64,000 nt of DNA from Candidatus Multivorans sp. (GCA_965247095.1 OZ251997.1:1344001-1408000); one strand, 5' to 3'. Numbered from the stretch's first letter, positions 18,927-29,351 are shown. Notes: generated by a model not told the origin, from the sequence alone. Numbers and translations are program-made.

Positions 18927-19937
18927 ATGACTGACAGCGTCGCACAACCGCTTCCCGTCCCGCGAGATGACTGGAGGTCGCCCGGGGAATCCACCGGGCC
19001 GGAGGGCGCCCAGCTCGACGCCGACGGCTCGCGGCTCGACCCCGCCGATTCCCCCGGTTGCGAGGCGGTCCGGATCCCGCGGGAGAAGATCGAAGACCAC
19101 GAAGGCCGGGTCGAGTACTGGGACAGCCGGACCGAGACGGCGATGGTGGTCTGCGAACCGACCACCCTGTTTCACGAACGGCCCTCCCAACGCCTGGCGA
19201 GGCTGGCCGAACGGGTCGCTGCTTCGAGCGGGTCCCTCATCGAGACGTTCGGGACGACGGACCTGGTGCGGCTCTTCGCCAGCGGCAAGATGAGGGTGCT
19301 CATGCAGGCGGACCAGATCGTGTACGTCAACCCGCCGGCCGCGGTCGGACTGAGCCCGAGAGTCGACGTGGATGGAGTCGACATGCCGGGCGTGGTCCTG
19401 GAGGTCGACTACTCGACCGACGTCCGGCCCGGCAAGCTGCCGCGCTACGAGACCTGGGGCTTCCCGGAGGTCTGGGTCGACGTGCCCGACGAGCGTGCGG
19501 CAAGCCAACCCAGGTCGCGCAGATCGGGGCTCACGATCCACCTTCTCGAGAACGGCCGGTTCGAGAGCACACCGTCCAGTCGCGCCTTCCCTGGCTGGAC
19601 GGCGGAGGAGATCCACCGCGCTCTCAACGAGCACCTGCCCAGCGACCACACGATGACCGTGCTGCGCCGGGTGGGCCGCGCCTTGGGCACACGCGAAGGG
19701 ACGGGCCCCGACCAGGATCGGTGGTTGCGGTACGAGCGCGACGAGAGCCGGGCGGAAGGTCGGGCGGAAGGCATGATCGCCGCGGTGACAGCTCTGCTCG
19801 AGAGCCGCGGCGTAGCCGTCGACGCCGACCTCGCGGCCCGTCTCGCCGTCTTCGGCGACAAGTCTCCGGTGGAACTGATGCGGGCGGCGCAAGAGTGCGG
19901 GAGCGCGGAGGACCTTCTGCAGCGACTGAGCGATTGA
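18927..19937 (+). CDS. Uma2 (DUF820)-like PD-(D/E)xK protein with C-terminal helical tail
   Basis: HE..S..L, QADQIVY, VVLEVDYSTD..GKL..Y..WGFPEVW, RAEGRAEG repeat. Confidence 0.75.
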   Translation: MTDSVAQPLPVPRDDWRSPGESTGPEGAQLDADGSRLDPADSPGCEAVRIPREKIEDHEGRVEYWDSRTETAMVVCEPTTLFHERPSQRLARLAERVAASSGSLIETFGTTDLVRLFASGKMRVLMQADQIVYVNPPAAVGLSPRVDVDGVDMPGVVLEVDYSTDVRPGKLPRYETWGFPEVWVDVPDERAASQPRSRRSGLTIHLLENGRFESTPSSRAFPGWTAEEIHRALNEHLPSDHTMTVLRRVGRALGTREGTGPDQDRWLRYERDESRAEGRAEGMIAAVTALLESRGVAVDADLAARLAVFGDKSPVELMRAAQECGSAEDLLQRLSD

Positions 19938-19999
19938 CAGGTCGGTAGGCGCGCCCAGTTCCCTGCACCGCAACGCAGCAACCCCCGCTGCGGCTGCTC

Positions 20000-21184
20000 C
20001 TACGTCGCCGGATGCCGGGTCAGCCCCGCCTCGTCCGGCGCCGTGCCCCAGCCCGGCCGCTCAGGCAGGACCAGGAAGCCGCCGTCCTCGAACTCCGGCT
20101 CGTGGGTGAAGATCTCGCCGTCCCAGGGCAGCCGATCGATGTCGGTCTCCATGATCCGCAGGTTCGGCACCGCGGCGCTCATGTGGGCGTTCATCATCGT
20201 CGCCAGGTGGCCGTAGTAGTTGTGTGGCGCCACGTTGACCTCGTAGGCGGCCGCCAGAGCCGCGATCTTCATGGACTGCCAGACGCCGTTCCAGACCGCG
20301 TCGATGATCGCGACGTCGACCGCTTGGGCGCGCAGGAACGGCAGGAAGGCGGCTCCCCCGATCAGCGTCTCGCAGGAGCTGATCGGGTGCGCGCTCTCCT
20401 GCCGCACCGTCGCCAGTCCGTCCGCGGAGGGCGTGTCGATCTCCACCCAGAACAGGTCAAGGTCGGCGAGCGCACGCACGATCTGGCGGTAGCCCGAGAT
20501 CTTCGCGTTGAAGTTCAGGTCGAGCAGGATGTCGACGTCCGGTCCGGCGCCCTCGCGCAGCGCTTCGAGATGCCGCCGCAGGTTCGAGATCACCTTGCGG
20601 TCGACGTTCTGGCCCGGCTCGAACGGGCGGCCGAAGCCCGGCGCCCAGCCGCGCGGCGAACCGCTTGAGTAGTCGAAGATGTTCGTCTTGAGCGCGGTAA
20701 AGCCGCGTTCACGGACCTCGGCGCCGAGTGCCGCAACGCCGTCGATGTCGGTGATCGCGTTCCCGTAGTACTGGGGCAGCGCGATGCGCCAGGTCGCGCA
20801 GTGCGACCAGTACACGCGTACCCGGTCGCGCACCCGTCCGCCGAGGAGGTCGCAGCAGGGGACGCCCAACTCCTTGGCCCGGGCGTCCAGCAAGGCGTTC
20901 TCGATCGCCCCGATCGCCATCGCCATGACCCCGGACATCGACTGCCGCGCCCGGGTCAGGAGCCGCTGGTAGATCCGCTCCAGGTCGGCGACCCGGTAGC
21001 CTTTGACCACTTCACCCAACTGCTCGATCACCGTGGTGACGCCGAGCGCGCCCTGGTGCTGGTCGTACTCGCTCCAGCCGACGATTCCATCGTCGGTGGT
21101 GAGCTTCACGAAGTGGTAGTTACGCCAACCCGCGTCGCAGTGGCGGGTTTCGATGCGGGCGACCTTCGATGGTAGAACCTTCAA
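20000..21184 (-). CDS. Mandelate racemase/muconate lactonizing enzyme family protein
   Basis: FVKLTTDDGIVGWSE, AIENALLD..AK.LGVP, GFTALKT, LLDLN, APHN; TTG start overlaps upstream stop. Confidence 0.88.
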   Translation of the reverse strand: MKVLPSKVARIETRHCDAGWRNYHFVKLTTDDGIVGWSEYDQHQGALGVTTVIEQLGEVVKGYRVADLERIYQRLLTRARQSMSGVMAMAIGAIENALLDARAKELGVPCCDLLGGRVRDRVRVYWSHCATWRIALPQYYGNAITDIDGVAALGAEVRERGFTALKTNIFDYSSGSPRGWAPGFGRPFEPGQNVDRKVISNLRRHLEALREGAGPDVDILLDLNFNAKISGYRQIVRALADLDLFWVEIDTPSADGLATVRQESAHPISSCETLIGGAAFLPFLRAQAVDVAIIDAVWNGVWQSMKIAALAAAYEVNVAPHNYYGHLATMMNAHMSAAVPNLRIMETDIDRLPWDGEIFTHEPEFEDGGFLVLPERPGWGTAPDEAGLTRHPAT

Positions 21185-22338
21185 ATCACGTCCCCTCCGT
21201 GGAGCAGTTCCAGGAATTCCGAATATGGCATCACCTCGATCCCGTCGACGACCCGTCGGTCCTGCTCGGCGGTCACGACGATCGACCGCCCCGGCGAGAA
21301 CTCCTCTCGGAACGCTCTCATGGGACGCAGATCCCGGGGACGCACACGACTCTTCACTTCGACCGCGACGGCGCCGCGCCCGAGCACGAAGTCGACTTCC
21401 AGGCCGCCCTTGGTGCGCCAGAACTCGATGGGCAGGTCCTGCTCGCGGTAGCCCCGCGCGGCGATGATCTCAAGCAGGATAAAGTGCTCGAACGCCCGGC
21501 CGAATTCGCTTCCCGCGGCTTGGGTCAGCGTTCGGCGACAGACCTGACCGGCAACGCCTATGTCGAACAGATAGAACTTCGGCGCCGCCGAAATGGCCTG
21601 CCGGCTTCCGGCTCGCCGAAAGGGGTAGATCAGGTGGCCGACCAGAGTGTCGCTGAGGATCTCGAAATAGGTCTTCACCGTCTTGGCATCGACCGCACAA
21701 TCGCGGGCGATCGCTGCAAAGTTCAGCAACTCGCCGTGGCAGAAGGCGAGCGCATCGAAGAACCGGGAGAACGCCGCCACGTTGCGCGTCAGCGCCTCGT
21801 TGAACACCTCGTGGACCAGGTAGTCCCGCACATAGGCCGCCAGAGAACGCTGGTACTGCCGCTGCGGATAGATGCTCGGCAGCATCCCGCGGTTCAACGC
21901 CTGCAGCAGGTCGAAGTCGGGAACTTCCGCCCAGGTCAGGGGGAACAGCTCGAACCGCCAGGCCCTGCCTCCCAGCAGGTTCGTTCCCGCCCGCTTCAGC
22001 TTGCGCGCACTCGAACCACAGAGGATGAACGCCAAGTCGCGCGACTCGATCAGGCGATGCACTTCGTCGAGCAGGGCGGGCACCTTCTGAATCTCGTCGA
22101 CAATCACCGGCTTCGCCAGAGTTTCCGCCGGCTGAGCGTCCAACTCCTCGCCGAGCAGCGACGGTCTGGAGGCGAACCGGAGCATGACCTCCGAGTCAAG
22201 AAGATCGTAGAACACGCTGCCCTGAAAGCGCTCCCGCAGCAGCGTCGACTTCCCGGTCTGCCGGGCGCCCCAGAGGAACGCCGACTGGCGCGGCGGAAGG
22301 TCGATCGTTGCCGTTCGCTGGTAGTACATGACGGGCAT
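21181..22338 (-). CDS. AAA_14 ATPase with DUF4143 domain
   Basis: GARQTGKST, IVDEIQK, LCGSSARKL, LLGGRA, PKFYLFDIG, EVDFV..AVEVKS. Confidence 0.9.
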   Translation of the reverse strand: MPVMYYQRTATIDLPPRQSAFLWGARQTGKSTLLRERFQGSVFYDLLDSEVMLRFASRPSLLGEELDAQPAETLAKPVIVDEIQKVPALLDEVHRLIESRDLAFILCGSSARKLKRAGTNLLGGRAWRFELFPLTWAEVPDFDLLQALNRGMLPSIYPQRQYQRSLAAYVRDYLVHEVFNEALTRNVAAFSRFFDALAFCHGELLNFAAIARDCAVDAKTVKTYFEILSDTLVGHLIYPFRRAGSRQAISAAPKFYLFDIGVAGQVCRRTLTQAAGSEFGRAFEHFILLEIIAARGYREQDLPIEFWRTKGGLEVDFVLGRGAVAVEVKSRVRPRDLRPMRAFREEFSPGRSIVVTAEQDRRVVDGIEVMPYSEFLELLHGGDVI

Positions 22339-22448
22339 CTACTCCTGATTGGTCGAACTAATCGGAATCATACTCCCGTTCGGTCGGCCTCAGGATGAGC
22401 CTGCGGCTTCTCCGGCGCCGAACGCGCCATCGCCGGAGTCTCCCCGGC

Positions 22449-23609
22449 TCAGCCGCCAAGCCACTCGGCGATGACCTCTTCCGTATCGCCGCCGAGAGCC
22501 GAGCTCGGTTCGAGCGGCCCGGACGGCAAGCCGTCGAAGCGCAGCGGGCTGGTCGGCAGAGTGACTTCGCCCAGGGCCGGGTGGTCGAAAGTCTCCAGGA
22601 AGCCGCGCTCCAGGAGATGCGGGTCCGCATTCACCTCCGCCAGATCGCGCACCGGCGCGCACGGCACGTGGCACTCCCGGGCTGCCCGGCAGACCTCGGC
22701 CCGGCTTCGCTCGGCGGTCCAGGCCGAAACCAGGCCCTCCGCCTCCTCCATGTGGGCCACCCTTGCCTCGTTGTTCTCAAAGCGCGGATCGGAGGTCAAC
22801 TCCTCCCGCTCCATCGCCCGCAGCAGGTTCCGCCAGTGCCCCTCGTTGACGCAGATGATGGCCACGAAACCGTCGTTGCAGGGGTACACGTTGTAGGGCG
22901 ATACCCGGCCATGGCGGTTGCCGATCCGCTGCGGCGGCCGGCCGTCGTTGTGCATCAGGCCGAGCTTCGAGAGCATGCTCGGGTAGACCGCCTCCTGCAT
23001 CGCCACCTCGACCAGGCGCCCCCGGCCGGTCCGCTCGCGTTCGTAGAGCGCGCTCACGATGCCGCCGTACAGATGCACGCCGCCCAGGAAGTCGATCAGC
23101 GCCGGGCCGGCCTTGAGCGGCGGGCGCCCCGTTTCGCCGGTGATGCTCATCACGCCGGACGACGCCTGCACCGTGATGTCCATGCCCAGGCGGTCCCGAT
23201 CCGGGCCGCTCAGTCCGTAGGCCGTCCCGGAGGCGTAGATCAGCCGCGGGTTGAGTGCGCTCAACCGCTCCCAGCCGACCGCCAGGCGATCCAGGACGCC
23301 GGGCGCGAAGTTCTCGACCAGCGCGTCGGCAACCGCCGCCAGCCGGCGCAGCAGGTCCCGGCCCTCCTCCGCCTTGAGGTCACAGACCAGGGAGCGCTTG
23401 TTCGAGTTGAGGAACGCGAGCGGGAAGGACGGCGGTCCGCCGTGGACCTCCCGCCGGCGCAGCGGCTCGCCGCCGGGGGGCTCCACCTTGACCACGTCGG
23501 CCCCGGCCTGGGCAAGCAGGAAGCCGGCGTAGGGCCCCTGGTAGATCTGGCCCAGGTCGAGGACGCGGACACCGGCGAGCGGCTTCGGCGCCTGTGTTTC
23601 AGCGGTCAC
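22449..23609 (-). CDS. CaiB/BaiF (class III) CoA-transferase
   Basis: PLAGVRVLDL, GADVVKVEPPGG, NSNKRS, ENFAPG. Confidence 0.92.
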   Translation of the reverse strand: MTAETQAPKPLAGVRVLDLGQIYQGPYAGFLLAQAGADVVKVEPPGGEPLRRREVHGGPPSFPLAFLNSNKRSLVCDLKAEEGRDLLRRLAAVADALVENFAPGVLDRLAVGWERLSALNPRLIYASGTAYGLSGPDRDRLGMDITVQASSGVMSITGETGRPPLKAGPALIDFLGGVHLYGGIVSALYERERTGRGRLVEVAMQEAVYPSMLSKLGLMHNDGRPPQRIGNRHGRVSPYNVYPCNDGFVAIICVNEGHWRNLLRAMEREELTSDPRFENNEARVAHMEEAEGLVSAWTAERSRAEVCRAARECHVPCAPVRDLAEVNADPHLLERGFLETFDHPALGEVTLPTSPLRFDGLPSGPLEPSSALGGDTEEVIAEWLGG

Positions 23610-23625
23610 GGCACCGCTCTGGTCC

Positions 23626-24792
23626 TCAGTGGAAGGCACCGCCGATGATGTCGCGGGCGACGATCAGGCGCTGGATCTCGTTCGGCCCCTCGCCCACCCG
23701 CCGTATGCGGAGCTCCCGGTACCAGCGTTCGAGGGGCAGATCCTTCGTCATCCCGTATCCACCGTGGATCTGCATGGCACGGTCGACCACGCGGCTCGCC
23801 CCCTCGCTCGCCACCAGCTTGCAGATCGCCGCCTCCGTCCGGAACGGTTTGCCGGCATCGGCGCGCGCGGCCGCCTCCAGGGTCAACGCTCTGGCTGTGC
23901 GCAGGTCGATCTCGTTGTCGACGATCATCCACTGGACCGCCTGGCGAGTCGAGAGGTAGTCGCCGAACGTCTTGCGCGCCTTCGCGTAGGCGATCGCCAT
24001 CTCCTGGGCCTTGAGCGCCACGCCGACGCAACCCGCCGCGTACGGGATCCGGTTGCGGCTCAGGCGGTCGTTGGCGATCGCGAAGCCCTGATTCACCTCG
24101 CCGAGGACGTTCTTGCCAGGCACCCGCACCCGGTTGAACTCGAGTTCCGCCGCGTAGTGCGTCGAACGCAGGGTGTGGATGATGCGGCGGACGCGGAAGC
24201 CGGGCATGTCCGTGTCGACCAGGAAGCAGGTGATTCCCTTGCGCCCGAGCTCCGGGTCGGTGCGGGCAAAGACGATGCCGAAGTCCGCCTTGTCGGCGCC
24301 GGAGATGAAGGTCTTCTCGCCGTCGATGATCCAGTCGTCGCCGTCGCGCACCGCCGTGGTGCGGATCGCGCGGGCCGGATCGCTACCGCCCGAGGGTTCG
24401 GTCAGGGCGAAGAAGCCGCGCTTCTCGCCCCGCAGCACGGGAAAGAGATAGCGCTCCTTCTGGTCGTCGTCCGCCTCGTACAACTGGGCCAGACCGGCAC
24501 CGCCGAAGACGCCGTAGCAGGGCGCGTAGAGGCCGGCCCGGTGCTGCGCCATCTCGAACGCCATCAACGTCCTGGTTACCAGATCGATGCCGGGGCCGCC
24601 GTACTCCTCCGGGATGTCCAGGCCGTAGAAGCCGAGTTCCTTCGTCATCGCCAGCAGCCGCTCGCGGTGCGCCGGCGGCAACTCGCTCGCGTCCGGGTCG
24701 AGGTCGGCCTCGAGCGGCACGATCTCCTCGCGCACGAAGCGCCGCACCGTTTCCAGGATCAGCTTCTGTTCGGTGCTGAGTTCGAAGTCCAC
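23626..24792 (-). CDS. Acyl-CoA dehydrogenase
   Basis: FALTEPSGGSD, GEKTFISG, AMQIHGGYG, RVGEGPNEIQR. Confidence 0.93.
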   Translation of the reverse strand: MDFELSTEQKLILETVRRFVREEIVPLEADLDPDASELPPAHRERLLAMTKELGFYGLDIPEEYGGPGIDLVTRTLMAFEMAQHRAGLYAPCYGVFGGAGLAQLYEADDDQKERYLFPVLRGEKRGFFALTEPSGGSDPARAIRTTAVRDGDDWIIDGEKTFISGADKADFGIVFARTDPELGRKGITCFLVDTDMPGFRVRRIIHTLRSTHYAAELEFNRVRVPGKNVLGEVNQGFAIANDRLSRNRIPYAAGCVGVALKAQEMAIAYAKARKTFGDYLSTRQAVQWMIVDNEIDLRTARALTLEAAARADAGKPFRTEAAICKLVASEGASRVVDRAMQIHGGYGMTKDLPLERWYRELRIRRVGEGPNEIQRLIVARDIIGGAFH

Positions 24793-24796
24793 CGGT

Positions 24797-25156
24797 TCAC
24801 CTCCCAGGCGCCGCGATCCGGCCGACGCCCAATCGGCCGACGCGACGGTCGCCGCGGTCCGCGTTGCCCGGCGGCAACTCGCCGTGGTCGGCAAGGTAGA
24901 CGGCGAGCAGCTCCTCGAAGCGACTCCAGTACTGCATGTTCACTTCGTACCGGAACCGCGCCGCCCCTTCATGTTTCGCCGCCGTCTCCGCGACGGCGCT
25001 GCGCAGGCCGAAGCGGGAGCGTCCGCCCGCGAAACCCAGTTCCAGGGTGCCGCCTTGCGCGTCACCGATCTCGAACACACCCAACTGCCCGGGCAGCGCG
25101 GCGATCGCGGCATCGTCCAACTCGCACCAGGGCTTCGTCAGCCGGACCTCGGTCAT
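24797..25156 (-). CDS. Small hypothetical protein, possibly GIY-YIG-like fold
   Basis: LPGQLGVFEIGD..G.AGGRSRFGLRS..FRYEVNMQY; TACCAT -10 box 7 nt before ATG. Confidence 0.65.
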   Translation of the reverse strand: MTEVRLTKPWCELDDAAIAALPGQLGVFEIGDAQGGTLELGFAGGRSRFGLRSAVAETAAKHEGAARFRYEVNMQYWSRFEELLAVYLADHGELPPGNADRGDRRVGRLGVGRIAAPGR

Positions 25157-25255
25157 CGGCGGGATGGTATCCCGCGCTCCGGGGTCGCGGCGCTGTGTCA
25201 CAATGCCCGCCGCTCTGGACACATATCGCCAACCTCCGCACGGCGGGAAGCCGGC

Positions 25256-26524
25256 GTGACTTCAAGCTCCCCCACCGGCCCGCCGGACGCCCGCCAGCCT
25301 TGCCCGGAAGGGGCGCTCCTCGAAGGCGTGCGCGTGGTGGAACTCGCCACCATCGTCATGGCGCCCTCGGCATGCGCCATCCTCTCCGACTTCGGCGCCG
25401 AGGTGATCAAGATCGAGGCGCCGGGCAGGGGCGACCCCTACCGCTACTTCCAGGATCTGCCGGGCATGCCGGATTCGGAGATCCCCTACTGCTTCCTGCT
25501 CGACGGCCGCAACAAGAAGAGCGTGGTGATCGACCTCAAGCAGGAGCGCGGCCAGACCGTCGCCCACCGGCTGATCGAGACCGCCGACGTCTTCCTGACC
25601 AACTGCCACAACTCCGTGCTGGGCGACCTCGGCATGAGCTGGGACCGGCTGCGCGAGGTCAATCCGCGGCTCATCTTCGCTCACGGCACCGGCTACGGCC
25701 ACACCGGCCCGGAGGCCGAGAAGCCCGGCTACGACCAGGTCTGCTACTGGACCCGTTCGGGCCTGGTTGCCACGTTCTTCCCGGTCGAGGGCCACCTGGG
25801 GCCGCTCGGGTGCGGCACCGGCGATCACCCCACCGGCGTGACCCTGTTCTCAGCGGTGCTCCTGGGCCTGATGAAGCGCCAGCAGACGGGCAAGGGCTCC
25901 TACGTCACCACTTCGCTCCTCGCGGCGGGCGCCTGGGCCAATGCGTGCGCCATCCAGGCCAAGCTGGTCGGCGCCGAGTTCCACGAAAAGCGGCCGCGCG
26001 AACAAACGATGAACTTCGGCCAGCTCTACTACCGCACCCGGAACGACCGCCTGATCAAGCTGAGCATCGTCGAGCAGGACCGGGACTGGGAGCGCTTCTG
26101 TCTCGCCCTGGACCGCAGCGACCTCATCCCTGACGAGCGCTACTGCACCACGCCCGAGCGGATCGAGAACATGCCCGGGTTCGTCGCCCTGCTCGACGCC
26201 GAGTTCGCACTGCGGGACTTCGCCGAGTGGGGTGAGCGCTTCACCCGCTACGAGATCCCCTACAGCCTGGTCTCGAACCTCGACGACATCGCAAACGACG
26301 AGCAGTTGGAGGCCATCGGCATGTTCCGCGACCTCGACCACCCCAAGTACGGTCGTTTCCGAACCGTCGACAGCCCGGTATTCATCCTCGGCGACGAGAA
26401 GGTCAAGCCCCAGCCGGCGCCCGAACTCGGGGAGCACACCGGCGACCTGCTGCGGGAGCTGGGTCTGGACGCCGAGGAGATCGACCGCCTGGCCGAACGG
26501 GGCGTCATCTCGGGCCGGCTCTGA
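25256..26524 (+). CDS. CaiB/BaiF (class III) CoA-transferase
   Basis: LLEGVRVVEL, FGAEVIKIEAPGRGDPYR, RNKKSVVIDL, APELGEHT. Confidence 0.92.
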   Translation: MTSSSPTGPPDARQPCPEGALLEGVRVVELATIVMAPSACAILSDFGAEVIKIEAPGRGDPYRYFQDLPGMPDSEIPYCFLLDGRNKKSVVIDLKQERGQTVAHRLIETADVFLTNCHNSVLGDLGMSWDRLREVNPRLIFAHGTGYGHTGPEAEKPGYDQVCYWTRSGLVATFFPVEGHLGPLGCGTGDHPTGVTLFSAVLLGLMKRQQTGKGSYVTTSLLAAGAWANACAIQAKLVGAEFHEKRPREQTMNFGQLYYRTRNDRLIKLSIVEQDRDWERFCLALDRSDLIPDERYCTTPERIENMPGFVALLDAEFALRDFAEWGERFTRYEIPYSLVSNLDDIANDEQLEAIGMFRDLDHPKYGRFRTVDSPVFILGDEKVKPQPAPELGEHTGDLLRELGLDAEEIDRLAERGVISGRL

Positions 26525-26587
26525 CGCTTCCGGAATCTCGGACTACAATCCCTCTTCCCGACCGAAACGCCACCCAGGAGACGATCC

Positions 26588-27817
26588 ATGGACTTCCAGG
26601 ACTCACCACAAGAGGCCACCTTCCGCGCCGAGGCGCGCGCCTGGCTCGGAGCGAACGCCGAACCCCTGTCTCCCGGCGACACGTCCCGGTATGCCGGGCT
26701 TCCCGAGCAGGAAGGGCTGGCCGCGGTCAAGGAGTGGCAGCAGAAGAAGTACGACGCCGGCTGGGCCTGCATCACCTGGCCGAAGGAGCACGGCGGCCGC
26801 GGCGCGACCTTCATGGAGGGCGTGATCTGGGACCAGGAGGAAACGAAGTACGACGTTCCCGGCGGCTACCTCAACATCGGCCACGGCACCTGCGCGCCGG
26901 CGATCATGGCCCACGGCACGGAGGAGCAAAAGCGCCGCTACCTGCCCAAGCTGGCCAGCGGCGATGAGGTCTGGTGCCAGCTCTTCTCCGAGCCCGGAGC
27001 GGGCTCCGATCTGGCAGGCCTGCGCACGCGCGCCGAGCGCGACGGCGACGAGTGGGTCGTCAACGGCCAGAAGGTCTGGAACTCGGGCGCCCACTTCGCC
27101 GACTGGGGCATCCTGGTCACCCGGCACGACCCCACGGTGTCCAAGCACAAGGGCCTGACCTTCTTCGTGGTCGACATGAAGTCTCCGGGCATCGACCCGC
27201 GGCCGATCCGCCAGATTCCGGGCACCGCCGAGTTCAACGAGGTCTTCCTGCAGAACGTGCGGATCCCGGACCACAACCGTCTCGGCGAGGTCGGCGCCGG
27301 CTGGCAGGTCGCAATCACCACCCTGATGAACGAGCGCCACGGCAGATACCAGATGACGCCCGACTGGAGCGACGCCCTCCGCCTCGCCTCCGAACTGGAG
27401 ATCGACGGCGAACCCGCGGCGTCGCAGAGCGCCGTGCGCGACCGGATCGCCGACTGGTACGTGCAGTGCCGCGGCGTCGAGTTGACCTTCCTGCGCACCC
27501 TGACCGCCATCTCCCAGGGCAAGCAGCCGGGGCCGGAGAACTCGATCTGCAAGGTGATCACCGCCAGCGCCCGGCAGGACATCGCCTCATTCGCCGCCGA
27601 CCTGCTGGATGTCGCCGGTTCCATCAGCGGCCGTGAAGACGCCCCCGCAGGCGGCATGTTCCACTACGCCTACCTGGCGGCCCCCGGCATGCGGATCGCG
27701 GCCGGCACGGACGAGATCCTGCGCAACATCATCGCCGAGCGCGTTCTCAGCCTGCCCGGCGAAATCCGCGTCGACCGCGACCGGGCCTTCAGCGACATCC
27801 CGACCGGCTCGAACTGA
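26588..27817 (+). CDS. Acyl-CoA dehydrogenase
   Basis: WCQLFSEPGAGSDLAGL, NGQKVW, EFNEVF, IAAGTDEILRNIIAERVL. Confidence 0.95.
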   Translation: MDFQDSPQEATFRAEARAWLGANAEPLSPGDTSRYAGLPEQEGLAAVKEWQQKKYDAGWACITWPKEHGGRGATFMEGVIWDQEETKYDVPGGYLNIGHGTCAPAIMAHGTEEQKRRYLPKLASGDEVWCQLFSEPGAGSDLAGLRTRAERDGDEWVVNGQKVWNSGAHFADWGILVTRHDPTVSKHKGLTFFVVDMKSPGIDPRPIRQIPGTAEFNEVFLQNVRIPDHNRLGEVGAGWQVAITTLMNERHGRYQMTPDWSDALRLASELEIDGEPAASQSAVRDRIADWYVQCRGVELTFLRTLTAISQGKQPGPENSICKVITASARQDIASFAADLLDVAGSISGREDAPAGGMFHYAYLAAPGMRIAAGTDEILRNIIAERVLSLPGEIRVDRDRAFSDIPTGSN

Positions 27818-27958
27818 CGGGCCGGCGCCGGGACGACGTCAGGCGCCCGTGTTCCGGCACATCGTCCGCCGGCCCGGCACCCCGGCCGTCCGACCCCGTC
27901 CAGTCCGAGCCGGAGGCCGGAGGAGAGGGGTGCGCGCCTCTGCCCGTGCGCCCGTGCG

Positions 27959-29329
27959 CTAGCTGGCGACTTCGCTTTCGCTGCCGGGGAACAGGAGCTT
28001 GGCCATCTGGATCTGTGAGCGGTGCACGAACAGAATGACCTGGTCGTTCGCGCGCAGCACGTTGCCGCGCTCCGGCATGAACACCCGATCGCCTCGCACC
28101 ACGGCGCCCACGATCAGGCCCCTGGGGGCCTGGAGCTCAGCAAGCGTGGCGCCGGCCGCCGGGCTGGCCTCGTGGATCACGCGCTGAACCACCTGCAGGG
28201 CGCCGTCGGCCAGGTTGACCAGGTTCGTCTTGTAGCCATTGGCGACGAAGTTGCGGACGTGGTCGATCGCCAGGGAGTGCGGCGACACGAGCTCGACCTC
28301 GCCGACCCGCTGCCAGAGCCGGCTCGTCGTGTGATGAATTAGAGCGACCACCTGCCGCACGCCCAACTCCTGGGCGATCAGCCCCGCAACCACGTTGCTG
28401 TCGTCGTGGCTGGTGGCCGCGATCAGCACGTCGGCCCGGCCGAGTCCCTCGCTCTCCATGGTCGCGGCGTCGATCGGATCGCCGTGCAGCACCTCGACGT
28501 CGGGAAACGACTGGGCCAGGTACTCGGCGCGCCGCCGGTCGCGCACCATCCAGCGCAGGCGTTTGACCTCGTTCCGCAGCGCCTTGACCACCGCAGCCGC
28601 GGCCGAACTGCCACCGGCAACGGCCACGGTGTGGGGATGTTCGACCCGGGACGCGAACAGCTCCTCCACGTCGTGGGTGGACTTCGTGCGGCAAAGGACC
28701 ATGGCCAGACCGCCCGGAGCGGCCTGCAGGTCCGGACCGGGGATCGACAGTTCGTGCTCCGCATCGAAGTAGCCGACGATCCGGACGCCCTCGGGTAGCG
28801 GCACTTCGCGCAGCGGCCGGCTGGCGACGGTGCTGTTCGCCTGCACCTGGATGGTGCGCAACTCGAAACGCCCCTTGGCCAGATGGTCGACCTCGTAGGT
28901 GTGGTGGCCGAGCACGACGTTCAGGATCGCGTTGGTCGCCAGACTCTGGGGCGACAGCAGAAGGTCGGCGCCGAACAACCGCTCGTAGGAGCGGCGGTAG
29001 ACGGTCAGATCCTCGGACGTGTCAAGCCGCACCACGCACCGCTTCGCGCCCAGGTTGCGAGCGATCACGGACGCCACCAGGTTCGCCTCCTCCGACGAAG
29101 AAGCGGCGATGAAGAGGTCCGCGGCGCCGACGTGAGCCCGCTCGAGCACCGCCTGGTGGGCGCCGTTGCCGACCACGAAGGCCGCGTCCAACTCCTCCTC
29201 GATCCGCCGCCCCTTGTCCGGATCGATGTCGATCAGGGTCAGGCTCCGACCCTCGCGTCCGAACGCCTCGGCAATATGGAAGCCCATATCGCCAATGCCC
29301 ATGATGCAGTAGTGGCCGTTCGCGCTCAT
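27959..29329 (-). CDS. trkA: Trk system potassium uptake protein (tandem RCK_N/RCK_C)
   Basis: GIGDMG Rossmann motif, duplicated RCK domains, about 456 aa. Confidence 0.85.
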   Translation of the reverse strand: MSANGHYCIMGIGDMGFHIAEAFGREGRSLTLIDIDPDKGRRIEEELDAAFVVGNGAHQAVLERAHVGAADLFIAASSSEEANLVASVIARNLGAKRCVVRLDTSEDLTVYRRSYERLFGADLLLSPQSLATNAILNVVLGHHTYEVDHLAKGRFELRTIQVQANSTVASRPLREVPLPEGVRIVGYFDAEHELSIPGPDLQAAPGGLAMVLCRTKSTHDVEELFASRVEHPHTVAVAGGSSAAAAVVKALRNEVKRLRWMVRDRRRAEYLAQSFPDVEVLHGDPIDAATMESEGLGRADVLIAATSHDDSNVVAGLIAQELGVRQVVALIHHTTSRLWQRVGEVELVSPHSLAIDHVRNFVANGYKTNLVNLADGALQVVQRVIHEASPAAGATLAELQAPRGLIVGAVVRGDRVFMPERGNVLRANDQVILFVHRSQIQMAKLLFPGSESEVAS

Positions 29330-29351
29330 GTCCTGTCCAGCATAAGCCAAC

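Noticed and set aside
23629-26133. Long antisense ORFs (also 48855-51293, 57818-60199, 37749-39899, 41435-43177)
   Set aside because: Shadow frames of real genes caused by high-GC codon bias; no recognisable motifs
27870-27950. Weak similarity to the 9199-9262 intergenic region
   Set aside because: Short GC-rich match compatible with chance
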